Origin: a virus
Lineage: Duplodnaviria; Heunggongvirae; Uroviricota; Caudoviricetes
Length of the DNA stretch: 64,000 bases
Reading direction: 5' to 3' (one strand)
Virus record (IMG/VR): IMGVR_UViG_2799113139_000004
Shown here: positions 16,909-25,854 of the stretch, piece by piece
Position numbering within the stretch: position 1 is the stretch's first letter
Layout: each line of letters opens with the position of its first letter
Position numbers and translations under genes: made by a program
Notes under the pieces: generated by a model
Databases searched by the model: none
Told to the model about the DNA's origin: nothing
Seen by the model: only the letters and a program-made list of their open reading frames with translations

Positions 16909-18567
16909 GTGACGACGATGAGCGACGAGAACAACGACGACACACCTGACGATGCAGCCGAACCGGAAGACGCTGGCGATAACGTCATCTCATTCAAGGA
17001 GCGCTTGCGTCGCGCGGGGCATCTGAACACCCCGAAGCCCAATCCCGCTCCACCACCTAGACGTTTACCACCCGGCGCTGAGCTGCCGGGCGAAAGCCGT
17101 TACGGCCGGGTCGCTCTCGATGACGAGCTGACCATTCTTGCCAACACTCCCGAGGGTTCGCGGAATCAGCAGCTCAACACCAGCACGTTCAACCTCGCCG
17201 GTCTGGTGCGCCGCGGTGAACTCGACGAGCAGACCGTCATCAACGAGCTGATCAGCACCGCCCGCGGTATCGGGCTGGATGAATCCGAGATCATGCCGAC
17301 GATCAGATCGGCGTTCCGCGGCAGCGACCACAAGGTGGGGGCGCGCGTGGTGCCCGAGCGCGACGAAATCCCGCCCGCGTTCACGATCGATCCCAACGAG
17401 CTGCCGACGCAGCACACCGAGCCCGACGATGACACGAACGAGTTCGACAGCGACGACCAGGCCGACGCGGATCACCTGGCGCTGCACCGTACGCGCGTTG
17501 TGCGCGCCGCTTATGAGCTTCGCGTGTCAGACGAAGGCCGGGCGCTCTACGCGGCCCAGCAGGCTCACGAGCTGGGCCAGATCGCACCCGAGCCGGTATC
17601 GCTGACCGACTTCTTGAGCATTCCCGATGAGGATGCGGTCTACCGGATAGGCGAGCTGCTGCCCATCGGCGGCCGAGCGCTGCTGGCGGCCCAGTACAAG
17701 GCCGGCAAGACAACGATGATGGCCAACCTGCTGCGCTCGCTGGCCGATGGTGTGTCATTCCTGGGCCGGTTCCCGACGTCGCAGGTCGAGCGCGTGACGG
17801 TGATCGATACCGAACTCGATGAGCGCATGTTCCGCAGATGGCTACGTGCGCAGGGGATTCAGGACACTGACCGGGTTCAGGTGCTCCCGATGAAGGGGCA
17901 CCTCGCGACGTTCAACATTCTGGACGCCACCACGCGCGCCCAGTGGGCCGAGAAGGTGCGCGGCAGCGACTTCATCATTCTGGACTGCTTACGGCCATGT
18001 CTGGACGCGCTGAACCTGTCCGAGGACAAGGACGCCGGTAAGTACCTGGTCGCCTGGGATGCGTTCGTGGCCGAGGCCGACGCGTCGGAGTCGATCGTGG
18101 TGCATCACATGGGACATAGCGCCGAGCGCAGCCGCGGGGACTCACGCCTACTGGACTGGCCCGACGTTCTCTGGAAGATCGTGCGCGAGCAGGTCGAGGA
18201 AGGGGAGGACCCCGCAGCCGATGGGGGCAAGCGCTTCTTCTCCGCGCACGGGCGAGATGTGGCGGTCGCTGAAGGTTTGCTGGAGTACCAGCCCGAGACG
18301 GGCGGGCTCGTCTTGCTGGAGGGTGGCCGGGCTGCCACGAAAGCGCGCGACGGGCTACCGGCGATCGTGCAGATCTTGTCCGATCCTGACTACATCGGCG
18401 GGCTTGGGACGCGCCAGTTGACGACCAAACTGACCGAGACGGGCATGAGTTTCCATGCCGCCCGGAGGGTCATTCAGACCGCCATCGATGAGTCGGTCAT
18501 CTACGTCGGAGAGGGTGCCCGAAATGCGCGAATCCTATCCCTGAACCCATCGGCGAAGCCGCTATGA
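16909..18567 (+). CDS. DNA primase C-terminal (PriCT-like) plus AAA/RecA-like P-loop NTPase; candidate replicative primase-helicase or initiator
   Basis: Walker A (AQYKAGKTTMMANLL), Walker B-like (FIILDCL), and an N-terminal region resembling PriCT_1 (RYGRVALDDELTILANTPEGSRNQQLNTSTFNLAGLV). Confidence 0.55.
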   Translation: MTTMSDENNDDTPDDAAEPEDAGDNVISFKERLRRAGHLNTPKPNPAPPPRRLPPGAELPGESRYGRVALDDELTILANTPEGSRNQQLNTSTFNLAGLVRRGELDEQTVINELISTARGIGLDESEIMPTIRSAFRGSDHKVGARVVPERDEIPPAFTIDPNELPTQHTEPDDDTNEFDSDDQADADHLALHRTRVVRAAYELRVSDEGRALYAAQQAHELGQIAPEPVSLTDFLSIPDEDAVYRIGELLPIGGRALLAAQYKAGKTTMMANLLRSLADGVSFLGRFPTSQVERVTVIDTELDERMFRRWLRAQGIQDTDRVQVLPMKGHLATFNILDATTRAQWAEKVRGSDFIILDCLRPCLDALNLSEDKDAGKYLVAWDAFVAEADASESIVVHHMGHSAERSRGDSRLLDWPDVLWKIVREQVEEGEDPAADGGKRFFSAHGRDVAVAEGLLEYQPETGGLVLLEGGRAATKARDGLPAIVQILSDPDYIGGLGTRQLTTKLTETGMSFHAARRVIQTAIDESVIYVGEGARNARILSLNPSAKPL

Positions 18568-18586
18568 CCGAGCAGCAGATTCGCAA

Positions 18587-18745
18587 CGACTGTTTCAGTG
18601 TTTCAGCGAGTGAAACAGTCAAAATGAAACAGTCAGAAACGGTTGCGAGTTGCGACTGTTTCAAGAACCCTAAAGGGTTCTTGAATACAGGTCGCGAAAC
18701 ACTCGCCCTGGAACCGGGTTTCAGACTTGGGCTGAAACAGTCGAA
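18587..18745. repeat. Iteron-like array of GACTGTTTCA / TGAAACAGTC repeats plus the palindrome CAAGAACCCTAAAGGGTTCTTG; candidate replication origin
   Basis: At least 5 copies of the 10-mer in both orientations within about 160 bp downstream of the primase-helicase gene. Perfect 10-bp-arm palindrome at 18663-18684. Confidence 0.5.
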
Positions 18746-18892
18746 GAGAAACACACCCGCCGTTTTGGAGCGCTCCGCGTTGGACGTGGGTCGCTTGTCT
18801 TTGGCCTCTGAATCAACCACTGAAGCTATGAACATGAACCAATGGGTGATTGAGCGCCAGACGTCAGATCGACCGTCAGAGGAGGTCCTGGG

Positions 18893-19351
18893 ATGCCAGA
18901 AGCGATGAAGCAACCGGTGAGCGATTCCTCACCACCACCGTTCGTCTCGTTCTTCGTGCCGGGGAAGCCCGCCCCGCAGGGTTCGAAGAAGCACGTCGGC
19001 CACGGCCGCATGATCGAAAGTTCGAAGGAACTTGGATCGTGGCGATCAGACGTCGCAGTGTTCGCGCAACAGGCCATGGCTGGTCGCTCGATCTACACCG
19101 CGACTGGATTAGCTGTCGAGCTGACTTTCATCGTGCCGCGTCCAGCGTCGTCACCGAAGACGTACACCAAGCCAGCCATCAAGCGGCCAGACCTGGACAA
19201 ACTGGAGCGCGCAGTTCTGGACGCACTGACTCACGTCGTTTTCGATGACGACTCGACAGTCATCGATCTGCGCGGCCGGAAGCGCATCGCTGAGATCGGT
19301 GAGACGCCGGGTGTTTCGGTCTTCGTGACGCCTACGCAGGTGGTGGCGTGA
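18893..19351 (+). CDS. RusA-like Holliday junction resolvase
   Basis: FVPGKPAPQGSKKH and VFDDDSTVIDL match RusA family motifs. Confidence 0.7.
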   Translation: MPEAMKQPVSDSSPPPFVSFFVPGKPAPQGSKKHVGHGRMIESSKELGSWRSDVAVFAQQAMAGRSIYTATGLAVELTFIVPRPASSPKTYTKPAIKRPDLDKLERAVLDALTHVVFDDDSTVIDLRGRKRIAEIGETPGVSVFVTPTQVVA

Positions 19352-19458
19352 TGGAACCTGATCCGATACTGCAAGCACTCATCCTCGGGCTGATCTTCGG
19401 TGTACTCATCGGCTTCGTCCTTGGTGCGGCGCTCTGCTCACAGGTGGTCGCCTCATGA
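19351..19458 (+). CDS. Small membrane peptide (35 aa)
   Basis: ATG overlaps the RusA stop; single TM (ILQALILGLIFGVLIGFVLGAAL). Confidence 0.35.
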   Translation: MEPDPILQALILGLIFGVLIGFVLGAALCSQVVAS

Positions 19459-19601
19459 TCGGCGTGACGTTCGGGGCGCAAGAGCCTGGCTGGTGCCATC
19501 TCTGTGGCAAGACGTACCCGCGGGATGCTCGGGTGACGTACCGCAGCCACGACGAAGAACCGGTGCATCTGGAATGCGCGGAGCTGATCGATGGCCGGTA
19601 G
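19455..19601 (+). CDS. Small zinc-ribbon-like protein (48 aa)
   Basis: ATGA overlap; CHLCGK ... HLEC. Confidence 0.35.
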   Translation: MIGVTFGAQEPGWCHLCGKTYPRDARVTYRSHDEEPVHLECAELIDGR

Positions 19602-19836
19602 ACCGTTTCAGGCGAAGTACGAAGGTCACTGCTTCGAGTGCGGCGAGATGATCAGCGTTGGCGAAGGTGTGATGTTCGACGATGACGGCGATCTCTGCCA
19701 CGAAGGCTGCTATACGGATTCGACGTCATTCGATCCCACTGGCGACGATGAGGTGAAGCGCGTCAAGTTCGTGCCGGTGGCCGAAGAGAAGCCTTGCGAG
19801 AAGTGCTATCTCGTTCACGCTGGGGACTGCTTCTGA
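19591..19836 (+). CDS. Small Cys-rich zinc-binding protein
   Basis: CFECGE ... CHEGC ... CEKC. Confidence 0.45.
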   Translation: MAGRPFQAKYEGHCFECGEMISVGEGVMFDDDGDLCHEGCYTDSTSFDPTGDDEVKRVKFVPVAEEKPCEKCYLVHAGDCF

Positions 19837-19838
19837 CG

Positions 19839-20198
19839 ATGACCACGGATCAAGAGGTGTTGCAGCAGCTCGACTTCACACCCGAACCGATGCGGTGCGA
19901 GTGCAGAACGTGCGGTACCTCGGAGGTTGGACACAAAGGTGAATGCGATCGAAATGCTCTGTACAGCACTGAGATACACGCGATCGACCATTGCAACGAG
20001 GCTGGTCTGACGCAGAGCGGAGGCGTCTCGCGACTGCTCTGCCATCGGTGCGCGATGGCCTGGCGCGCACACGTCACTTTGGTCGCCAAAGGCAATCAGA
20101 AGCTCTATGACAGAGAAGGTTTCATCATCAAGTGCGTCACCTGTCAGCGTCCATTGGTCAAGGTGAAAGACCTGCTGAGCCTGGAGGTGCTGAAGTGA
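19839..20198 (+). CDS. Cys-rich zinc-binding protein
   Basis: ATG at 19839 overlaps the upstream stop; multiple CxxC pairs. Confidence 0.45.
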   Translation: MTTDQEVLQQLDFTPEPMRCECRTCGTSEVGHKGECDRNALYSTEIHAIDHCNEAGLTQSGGVSRLLCHRCAMAWRAHVTLVAKGNQKLYDREGFIIKCVTCQRPLVKVKDLLSLEVLK

Positions 20199-21103
20199 CC
20201 GAGATCAGACGATGCAAGGCTGGCCGCTTGTGCGACGGGTACGAGGTGGTCGGTGGCCAGAGGCGACCGGCGCAGCTCATGCACGACCATCACCTTTGCG
20301 AACCCTGCATGGTCCGCGTGCGAAAGATCATGCGCCGACTGCCAAACGAGTGGTGCAAGCTCAAGCTGACCATCGGCGAGAAGCGTTCGCGCGGTGCGCA
20401 AGAAGAGGTCAGTCGTCGGCCCAAGCCTGGTTCCAAGGTGCTGATCAACGTCGATACCGCCGAGCTGATGGGCGAGATCGTACTCATCTGCGACGAGGCC
20501 ACCCGCGGCGTTCTGAAGTCTATTGAGCGCGAGCATCGTCGCGGCTACCCGGCGCTTGGCCGGTCGACCGCCGACCGCTACGACTTCGCGATCGTGCTCA
20601 AGGCTGTCGATGTCGTCACGCATGACATCGGTGTGCTGGCAAGCAGTTCCGAGGGCGTGATGATCTGCCTGAAGCTGCTCGATCTGGCTTATCGCATCCG
20701 CCGGCACCTTGGCGAGACGCTGTACCGCGAGCGTCAGCACTTGCCCTGCCCGTCGTGCGGCGAGCTGGCTTTGGTGAAAGAAGTTCAGGACAAGCGCGGC
20801 CGGGTGAGTTCGGACGATCAGGAGGACATCACCCCCGAGGTCATCAGATGCCTGGCGTGCAACGGCGGCCCGAATCAGAACGGCACATGGACCGAGACCG
20901 AGTACCGCTGGCTGGCGAAGATGGTTCTGTCCGAGCGAGAGGAGCACGAGATGCTGAAATGGCTACTTGCAGAGGCGCAGTGGAAGGGTGACGTGAACGC
21001 CTGGCTGGCCGCCGAACGTCTGTGGCTTCTGGATCTTGCGCGCGCTACCACCGGCATGCCGATGGAAGACTTCATCGCGGCGCTCGAAAGATCAGTCACA
21101 TGA
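20195..21103 (+). CDS. Hypothetical protein with CxxC motifs (possible DNA-binding regulator)
   Basis: GTG at 20195 overlaps the upstream stop; CDGY ... CEPC and CPSCG ... CLAC motifs. Confidence 0.45.
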   Translation: MTEIRRCKAGRLCDGYEVVGGQRRPAQLMHDHHLCEPCMVRVRKIMRRLPNEWCKLKLTIGEKRSRGAQEEVSRRPKPGSKVLINVDTAELMGEIVLICDEATRGVLKSIEREHRRGYPALGRSTADRYDFAIVLKAVDVVTHDIGVLASSSEGVMICLKLLDLAYRIRRHLGETLYRERQHLPCPSCGELALVKEVQDKRGRVSSDDQEDITPEVIRCLACNGGPNQNGTWTETEYRWLAKMVLSEREEHEMLKWLLAEAQWKGDVNAWLAAERLWLLDLARATTGMPMEDFIAALERSVT

Positions 21104-21477
21104 CGACCACTCATGTTCACGTCTACCGGGAGTCGCGCGAGGCTCGCAACAAGCGCATAGCCATCACAGCGATAGACCTGCTGACGCGCATCGTCGCCGG
21201 CGACATTAGCGATCCGGCAGCAGCGCTGGCCAGGTTCCATCAGGAGCGCATCAACGAGCACGTGTACTGGACTCAGCCGAGCACCATGCCCTACGACCCT
21301 GATCAGTGGTTGACCGCCAATGAGATGGCCGAGATCGCCGATGTCGAACCAGGGACCGTGCAGAAGTGGAACCACCGCGGCTATATCACCAGCTCAGAAG
21401 CGCACGACGGTACGAAGCTCTACAACGTCGGAGAGGTCAACCGGCTGCTGGCAAAGCGTCAGCGGCGACAGGACTGA
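21100..21477 (+). CDS. HTH DNA-binding domain protein (excisionase/MerR-like)
   Basis: LTANEMAEIADVEPGTVQKWNHRGYI is an HTH similar to Xis-type domains. Confidence 0.5.
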   Translation: MTTTHVHVYRESREARNKRIAITAIDLLTRIVAGDISDPAAALARFHQERINEHVYWTQPSTMPYDPDQWLTANEMAEIADVEPGTVQKWNHRGYITSSEAHDGTKLYNVGEVNRLLAKRQRRQD

Positions 21478-21525
21478 ACTACACTTGACACTGCACCTCT
21501 TCCGCTGGTGCAGTTGTTGTGATGG

Positions 21526-21560
21526 CGAAGGCCCTCCGTGCAAACGGGGGGCCTTCGTTC
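21526..21560 (+). terminator. Stem-loop terminator candidate
   Basis: GAAGGCCC-loop-GGGCCTTC hairpin downstream of 21477. Confidence 0.4.
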
Positions 21561-21685
21561 GTCTGTGGCTCAACCGAGGCGCGCCGTTAACGTCTTCAAT
21601 AAACCAGTGGTACTAGACACGTCGTACACTGGGCTACTGACAGATCCATCTCAAAATCAGGTCCAGGCCCCTGCGGGAGGCGATT

Positions 21686-23110
21686 TTGGCTGCATCAGTG
21701 CTGATAGATGGGGTCGAGTTCATTCCGTCGTACAGATCGGAACGGCCGCGGGTTGGTGTAGCCATCACGACACGCAATCGCCCCGACGTTCTCAAGACGA
21801 CGCTCGAACATATTCGACAGTTCACGCCTGACGCACTGGTGGTTGTCGTAGACGACGCCTCAACACCACCAGCACCCGAGGCGACCTACCGATTCAGCGA
21901 ACGCGCGGGCGTCGCCGCAGCCAAGAACAAGTGCATCGAGCTGCTGATGGACGCCGGTTGTACCGAGCTGTTCCTACTCGATGACGACTGCTACCCGATC
22001 ACCCAAGGCTGGGTCGATCAGTACATCGACCATCCCGAGCCGCATCTCTGCTATCTCTTCAAGACGCTGGACGCGAACGGCAAGCCAGTCGGCACGCCGG
22101 CCACCATCTACGAGGACAGTCGAACCAAGGCGTTCGATCACCCGATGGGCTGTCTGCTCTACATGAACCGCAGCGTGATCGAGCGGTGCGGTGGGATGCG
22201 AACAGTCTTCGGCGTGTGGGGCCATGAGCACGTCGAGTACAGCATTCGGATCAACAACAGCGGCCTGACCACCAATGCTTTCCAGGACGTCGCCTGGTCG
22301 TATCAGTACATCTACTCGATCGATGAGCACTGGTACAAGCATCCTGAGTTCAAACGAAGCGTCAGCGATCGCGAACGAAGTGCGCAGATCGCACGCAACG
22401 ACGAGATCCTTGACGGGATGCGCGAGAGCACAGTCGGTTTCGTGCCCTACCGACAGCTCGGCAACGAGGTCATCACCACCATGTTGACGAGAGTGGTTGA
22501 CCCGCAGCGCAAGAATGCGGCGAAGCTGACGACGAATGACTTCGCAGCCTGGCGCAAGTCGATCAAGGGTGCCAAGTCCGTCATTCTGACTGATGCGCCG
22601 TGTGAAAGCGATGGCGGTGAGTTTGCGAGCGTTGAGCACGGCCTGAATCCGTATCTCCAACGCTGGATCGTCACCTATCACCACCTGCGCGAGCATGAGA
22701 GCGCATGGGTATGGGTCACTGACGGAACTGACGTCGAGATGCTGAGCCAACCATGGCTGATCATGAAGCCGGGCACGCTGTATGTCGGTTACGAGCCAAC
22801 GGTTCTGGACATTCCATGGATGCGGCAGAACCATCCGCCGTATCAGCAGTGGATAACAGAGAACGGCGATCTTCAACTACTCAACGCTGGCGTGGTCGGC
22901 GGCGATCACGCGACGGTTCTCGAGTTCAGCTCCGACATGGTGCGCGAGATCTTTCGCGTCGGACCTGGCGCAGTGAAGGGTGACATGGCCGCGTTCAACT
23001 ACGTTGCGCGGTCGCCCAAGTGGCGCGACAGGATCGTATGGGGTAGTCGCTGGCTGACGACGTTCAAGGCCAACGAACGCAACGACTGGAGCGTCTGGAA
23101 GCACAAATGA
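21686..23110 (+). CDS. Glycosyltransferase (GT-A fold, family 2-like)
   Basis: VGVAITTRNRPD, VVVDDAS and the DxD motif LLDDDCYP. Confidence 0.7.
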   Translation: MAASVLIDGVEFIPSYRSERPRVGVAITTRNRPDVLKTTLEHIRQFTPDALVVVVDDASTPPAPEATYRFSERAGVAAAKNKCIELLMDAGCTELFLLDDDCYPITQGWVDQYIDHPEPHLCYLFKTLDANGKPVGTPATIYEDSRTKAFDHPMGCLLYMNRSVIERCGGMRTVFGVWGHEHVEYSIRINNSGLTTNAFQDVAWSYQYIYSIDEHWYKHPEFKRSVSDRERSAQIARNDEILDGMRESTVGFVPYRQLGNEVITTMLTRVVDPQRKNAAKLTTNDFAAWRKSIKGAKSVILTDAPCESDGGEFASVEHGLNPYLQRWIVTYHHLREHESAWVWVTDGTDVEMLSQPWLIMKPGTLYVGYEPTVLDIPWMRQNHPPYQQWITENGDLQLLNAGVVGGDHATVLEFSSDMVREIFRVGPGAVKGDMAAFNYVARSPKWRDRIVWGSRWLTTFKANERNDWSVWKHK

Positions 23111-23790
23111 CACTGAACCTTGACGCCATCGCGCAGAAGCACGACACGGACAAGTCATCGCTGCATCACAACTACACAGCGATCTACGAACCTCTGCTGA
23201 AGCCGTTGCGCAACAAGCCGATCACCCTCCTAGGGCTGGGGTGGGGTGGCCATGAAGACCCAAACGCTGGTGGCAACAGTGCCCGCACCCGGGCCGAATA
23301 CTTCGGCCACCCCGAATCTCAGATCATCGTTGTAGAGCTGGAAGACAAGAACTTTCAGCCAGAAGGCGACGAAGACCGCATCAAGCTATGGCAAGGCTCG
23401 CAAGATGATCAGGAGATGATCGATCGCCTGGCCGCCATCTATGGCCCCTTCGATGTCATCATCGACGATGCGAGCCATCTGTCATCGAAGACCATTCGGT
23501 CATTCGAGCTGCTGTTCAGACACCTCAAGTCGGGTGGCCTGTACTTCATCGAGGACACTCACGCGTCCTACCACGAGCACTACTACGGTTCGATGGAAGC
23601 CAACGAGAATCCAGAAGCACGCCGACGCGGCGGTGACTTCACGATGATGCAGTTCTTTCAGCGGCTCACCGATGAGGTCAACTTCAAGGGACGCACAGAC
23701 CTCGATCTGTTCCCCGCCAAGTACGCGTGGGGCGTGCCGGTTGAGTCAATGTCGTTCTACTTCAACATGGTTGTGGCGACCCGGCGATGA
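23107..23790 (+). CDS. SAM-dependent O-methyltransferase (TylF/MycF-like)
   Basis: VIIDDASH motif and overall TylF-like layout. Confidence 0.6.
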   Translation: MTLNLDAIAQKHDTDKSSLHHNYTAIYEPLLKPLRNKPITLLGLGWGGHEDPNAGGNSARTRAEYFGHPESQIIVVELEDKNFQPEGDEDRIKLWQGSQDDQEMIDRLAAIYGPFDVIIDDASHLSSKTIRSFELLFRHLKSGGLYFIEDTHASYHEHYYGSMEANENPEARRRGGDFTMMQFFQRLTDEVNFKGRTDLDLFPAKYAWGVPVESMSFYFNMVVATRR

Positions 23791-24500
23791 ATATCAACAT
23801 CGGAATCGTCGGTCACGTTGATCGTGTGGAGGAAACGCAAGCACTCGCTGAGCAGGTCAACGCATCAACGGTTGCCATTGACGATGGCTCACTTGGCTGC
23901 GAGGCCAACCATCAGCGCGTGTGGCAGATGCTCACCATTGGCGACTCTGACTGGTCGGTCGTACTCGAAGACGACGCGCAACCTGTCGAAGGATTTCGGC
24001 AGCAGCTGGAATCGGCATTGACGGTCGCGCCAACGTCGGTCGTTTCGCTGTATCTGGGCAAGGGTAGACCAGAGTTCGCGCAGACCGAGCTACGCAAGTT
24101 CGCCAAGGCGTACCCACCCGAAAAAGACTATGCACCATGTTGGTTCGTCTCCGAAGTGCTGCTTCACGCGGTCGGTATCGCGATGCGTACCGAGCTGATA
24201 CCCGAGATGCTGGAACACCTGCGCCAACCGCCGGCGGTGTTTCTGGCGCAGGATGAAGCGATAGGGCACTGGGCCAGGCATAGGGGCCACTCCATCGGCT
24301 ACACCTGGCCAAGTCTGGTGAATCATGCTGATACGCCAACGGTTATCGATGAGCACCCAGACGGGGTGCCCCGAGGGCCGAGGGTCATAGACGGACAGAT
24401 AGTGGTCACCCCTCGCCGAGGGTGGCAGGTGGGTACGCGCGACACATGGACTCATCACCACGTCGAGCTGGCGCTCAGGAGACCGCATGTACATCGCTGA
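23787..24500 (+). CDS. Glycosyltransferase (second, GT-A-like)
   Basis: VVLEDDAQP DxD-like motif in a Rossmann-like N-terminus. Confidence 0.5.
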   Translation: MNINIGIVGHVDRVEETQALAEQVNASTVAIDDGSLGCEANHQRVWQMLTIGDSDWSVVLEDDAQPVEGFRQQLESALTVAPTSVVSLYLGKGRPEFAQTELRKFAKAYPPEKDYAPCWFVSEVLLHAVGIAMRTELIPEMLEHLRQPPAVFLAQDEAIGHWARHRGHSIGYTWPSLVNHADTPTVIDEHPDGVPRGPRVIDGQIVVTPRRGWQVGTRDTWTHHHVELALRRPHVHR

Positions 24501-24792
24501 TCCTTACCCATCAGATCGTGGTGGCTCTACGGATTGGGACGTCGCAGGTGAGCAGCGCGTGTACATCACCGCAGATCATGAGGTGCTGATCGATGGGGTA
24601 CGCGTGCCGGGTGTCATCGCAGAGGACGGGGTGACCGTGCATCGCGGGAGTACGGACACCTGCACACTCAACACACTCACGCTCACGCTTCTCGTGTCGG
24701 ACTTGGAGATTGACGACGCAGTGATCAACGACGTCACTGTCATAGAGCCATTGACCCTCGACATCAACGACACATCAACCGAAGAGAGCTGA
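24487..24792 (+). CDS. Hypothetical protein
   Basis: 101 aa, Thr/Leu-rich C-terminus. Confidence 0.4.
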   Translation: MYIADPYPSDRGGSTDWDVAGEQRVYITADHEVLIDGVRVPGVIAEDGVTVHRGSTDTCTLNTLTLTLLVSDLEIDDAVINDVTVIEPLTLDINDTSTEES

Positions 24793-24795
24793 CCG

Positions 24796-25104
24796 GTGGT
24801 GTGGTCGGGTGACGGCCGCGGCACAGGAACCGACGTACCTGCGTCTGTGAGACGCGCTGTACGCATCAGAGACGGCGATCAGTGTCAGTTGCGCTACGAC
24901 GGCTGCACGGGCGACTACGAAGAGCTGGACCACATAGAAGGCGTGGCTGAGCGTGGTGTCGATCGACGCCGCACGTTGACCGTCGATGAGCTGCAATGCG
25001 CTTGCCGTTGGTGCCACAAGCAGAAGACGGCAAAGCAGGCAGCCCGAGGTAGGTCGCGCAATCGATGGCGGGAGTCCGAGCCACACCCTGGTCGCGGTCG
25101 CTGA
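24796..25104 (+). CDS. HNH endonuclease
   Basis: DHIEGVAERGVD ... CACRWCHKQK matches the HNH motif. Its position just upstream of the terminase is typical. Confidence 0.7.
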   Translation: MVWSGDGRGTGTDVPASVRRAVRIRDGDQCQLRYDGCTGDYEELDHIEGVAERGVDRRRTLTVDELQCACRWCHKQKTAKQAARGRSRNRWRESEPHPGRGR

Positions 25105-25371
25105 CCAGCAAACAGGGATGGGGAGGCAACCCCCTGGGGGTACCCAAGGTCCCCGGTTGGCATAGGCGCTAGGACTCCGCCTACCTCTGGGGTTTTCCGA
25201 TCGGGCCGAAATGGCCTTTGAGCTGCGGAAATGACTGTTTCACTGAGTGTTTCACCACGTCGAAACGGTCGCGCTGGTCGAGCCCCTGAGCTGCGACAAG
25301 CCCGAATCGTCACCCAGGACGCAACGTCCGCTACTGCCCGCAACGGTGCAGCTAACTAGATCGGAGCAATC
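25105..25371. promoter_or_regulatory. Putative cos/packaging region containing GACTGTTTCAC / GTGTTTCAC / GAAACGGTC repeats
   Basis: Non-coding region between the HNH and small terminase genes. The repeats are related to the 18587-18745 array. Confidence 0.4.
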
Positions 25372-25854
25372 ATGGCTGGAATAGGACCGCCTCCCAAGGA
25401 CTCAAGCCGCCTGGCTGGGCATGGTGCAGCAAAGAAGCGTGATTCAGTGCTCCGAATCATCACAGCGACACCCGTTGAGCAACCGCCGTTGCCTGAATTC
25501 GACCTCGAAGTCACCGTTGACGGCAATGTCGTAACGCAGAAGTTCAAGTGGCCGCCGCGGACTCGTGAGTGGTGGCAGATGTGGAAAGACTCGCCGCTCT
25601 CGGCAGAGTTCACGTCCACCGATTGGTCCGAGCTGCTGGACACCGCCGTTCTGCACGCCCGCTATTGGTCTGGCGATCACAAGGTCGCCGCGGAGCTGCG
25701 GCTCCGTGTCGCGAAGTTCGGTGCGACGCCGGAAGATCGCGCTCGGTTGCGCATTCAGTTCGCAGCCGCCAACGAGGCCGACAAGAAGCAGAGCCAGCCG
25801 AGCGAGAAGCCGGGTGGTGGCTCCAAGGGTCGGTACGGTCCGCTAGGCGCTTAG
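25372..25854 (+). CDS. Terminase small subunit
   Basis: Position immediately upstream of the large terminase; 160 aa with the typical charged C-terminus. Confidence 0.6.
   Translation: MAGIGPPPKDSSRLAGHGAAKKRDSVLRIITATPVEQPPLPEFDLEVTVDGNVVTQKFKWPPRTREWWQMWKDSPLSAEFTSTDWSELLDTAVLHARYWSGDHKVAAELRLRVAKFGATPEDRARLRIQFAAANEADKKQSQPSEKPGGGSKGRYGPLGA

Noticed and set aside
18564-18908. 114-aa ORF spanning the GACTGTTTCA repeat array
   Set aside because: The ORF is built from direct and inverted repeats and palindromes. The predicted peptide is repetitive (CFSVSASETVKMKQSETVASCDCF), so it is more plausibly a non-coding iteron region.
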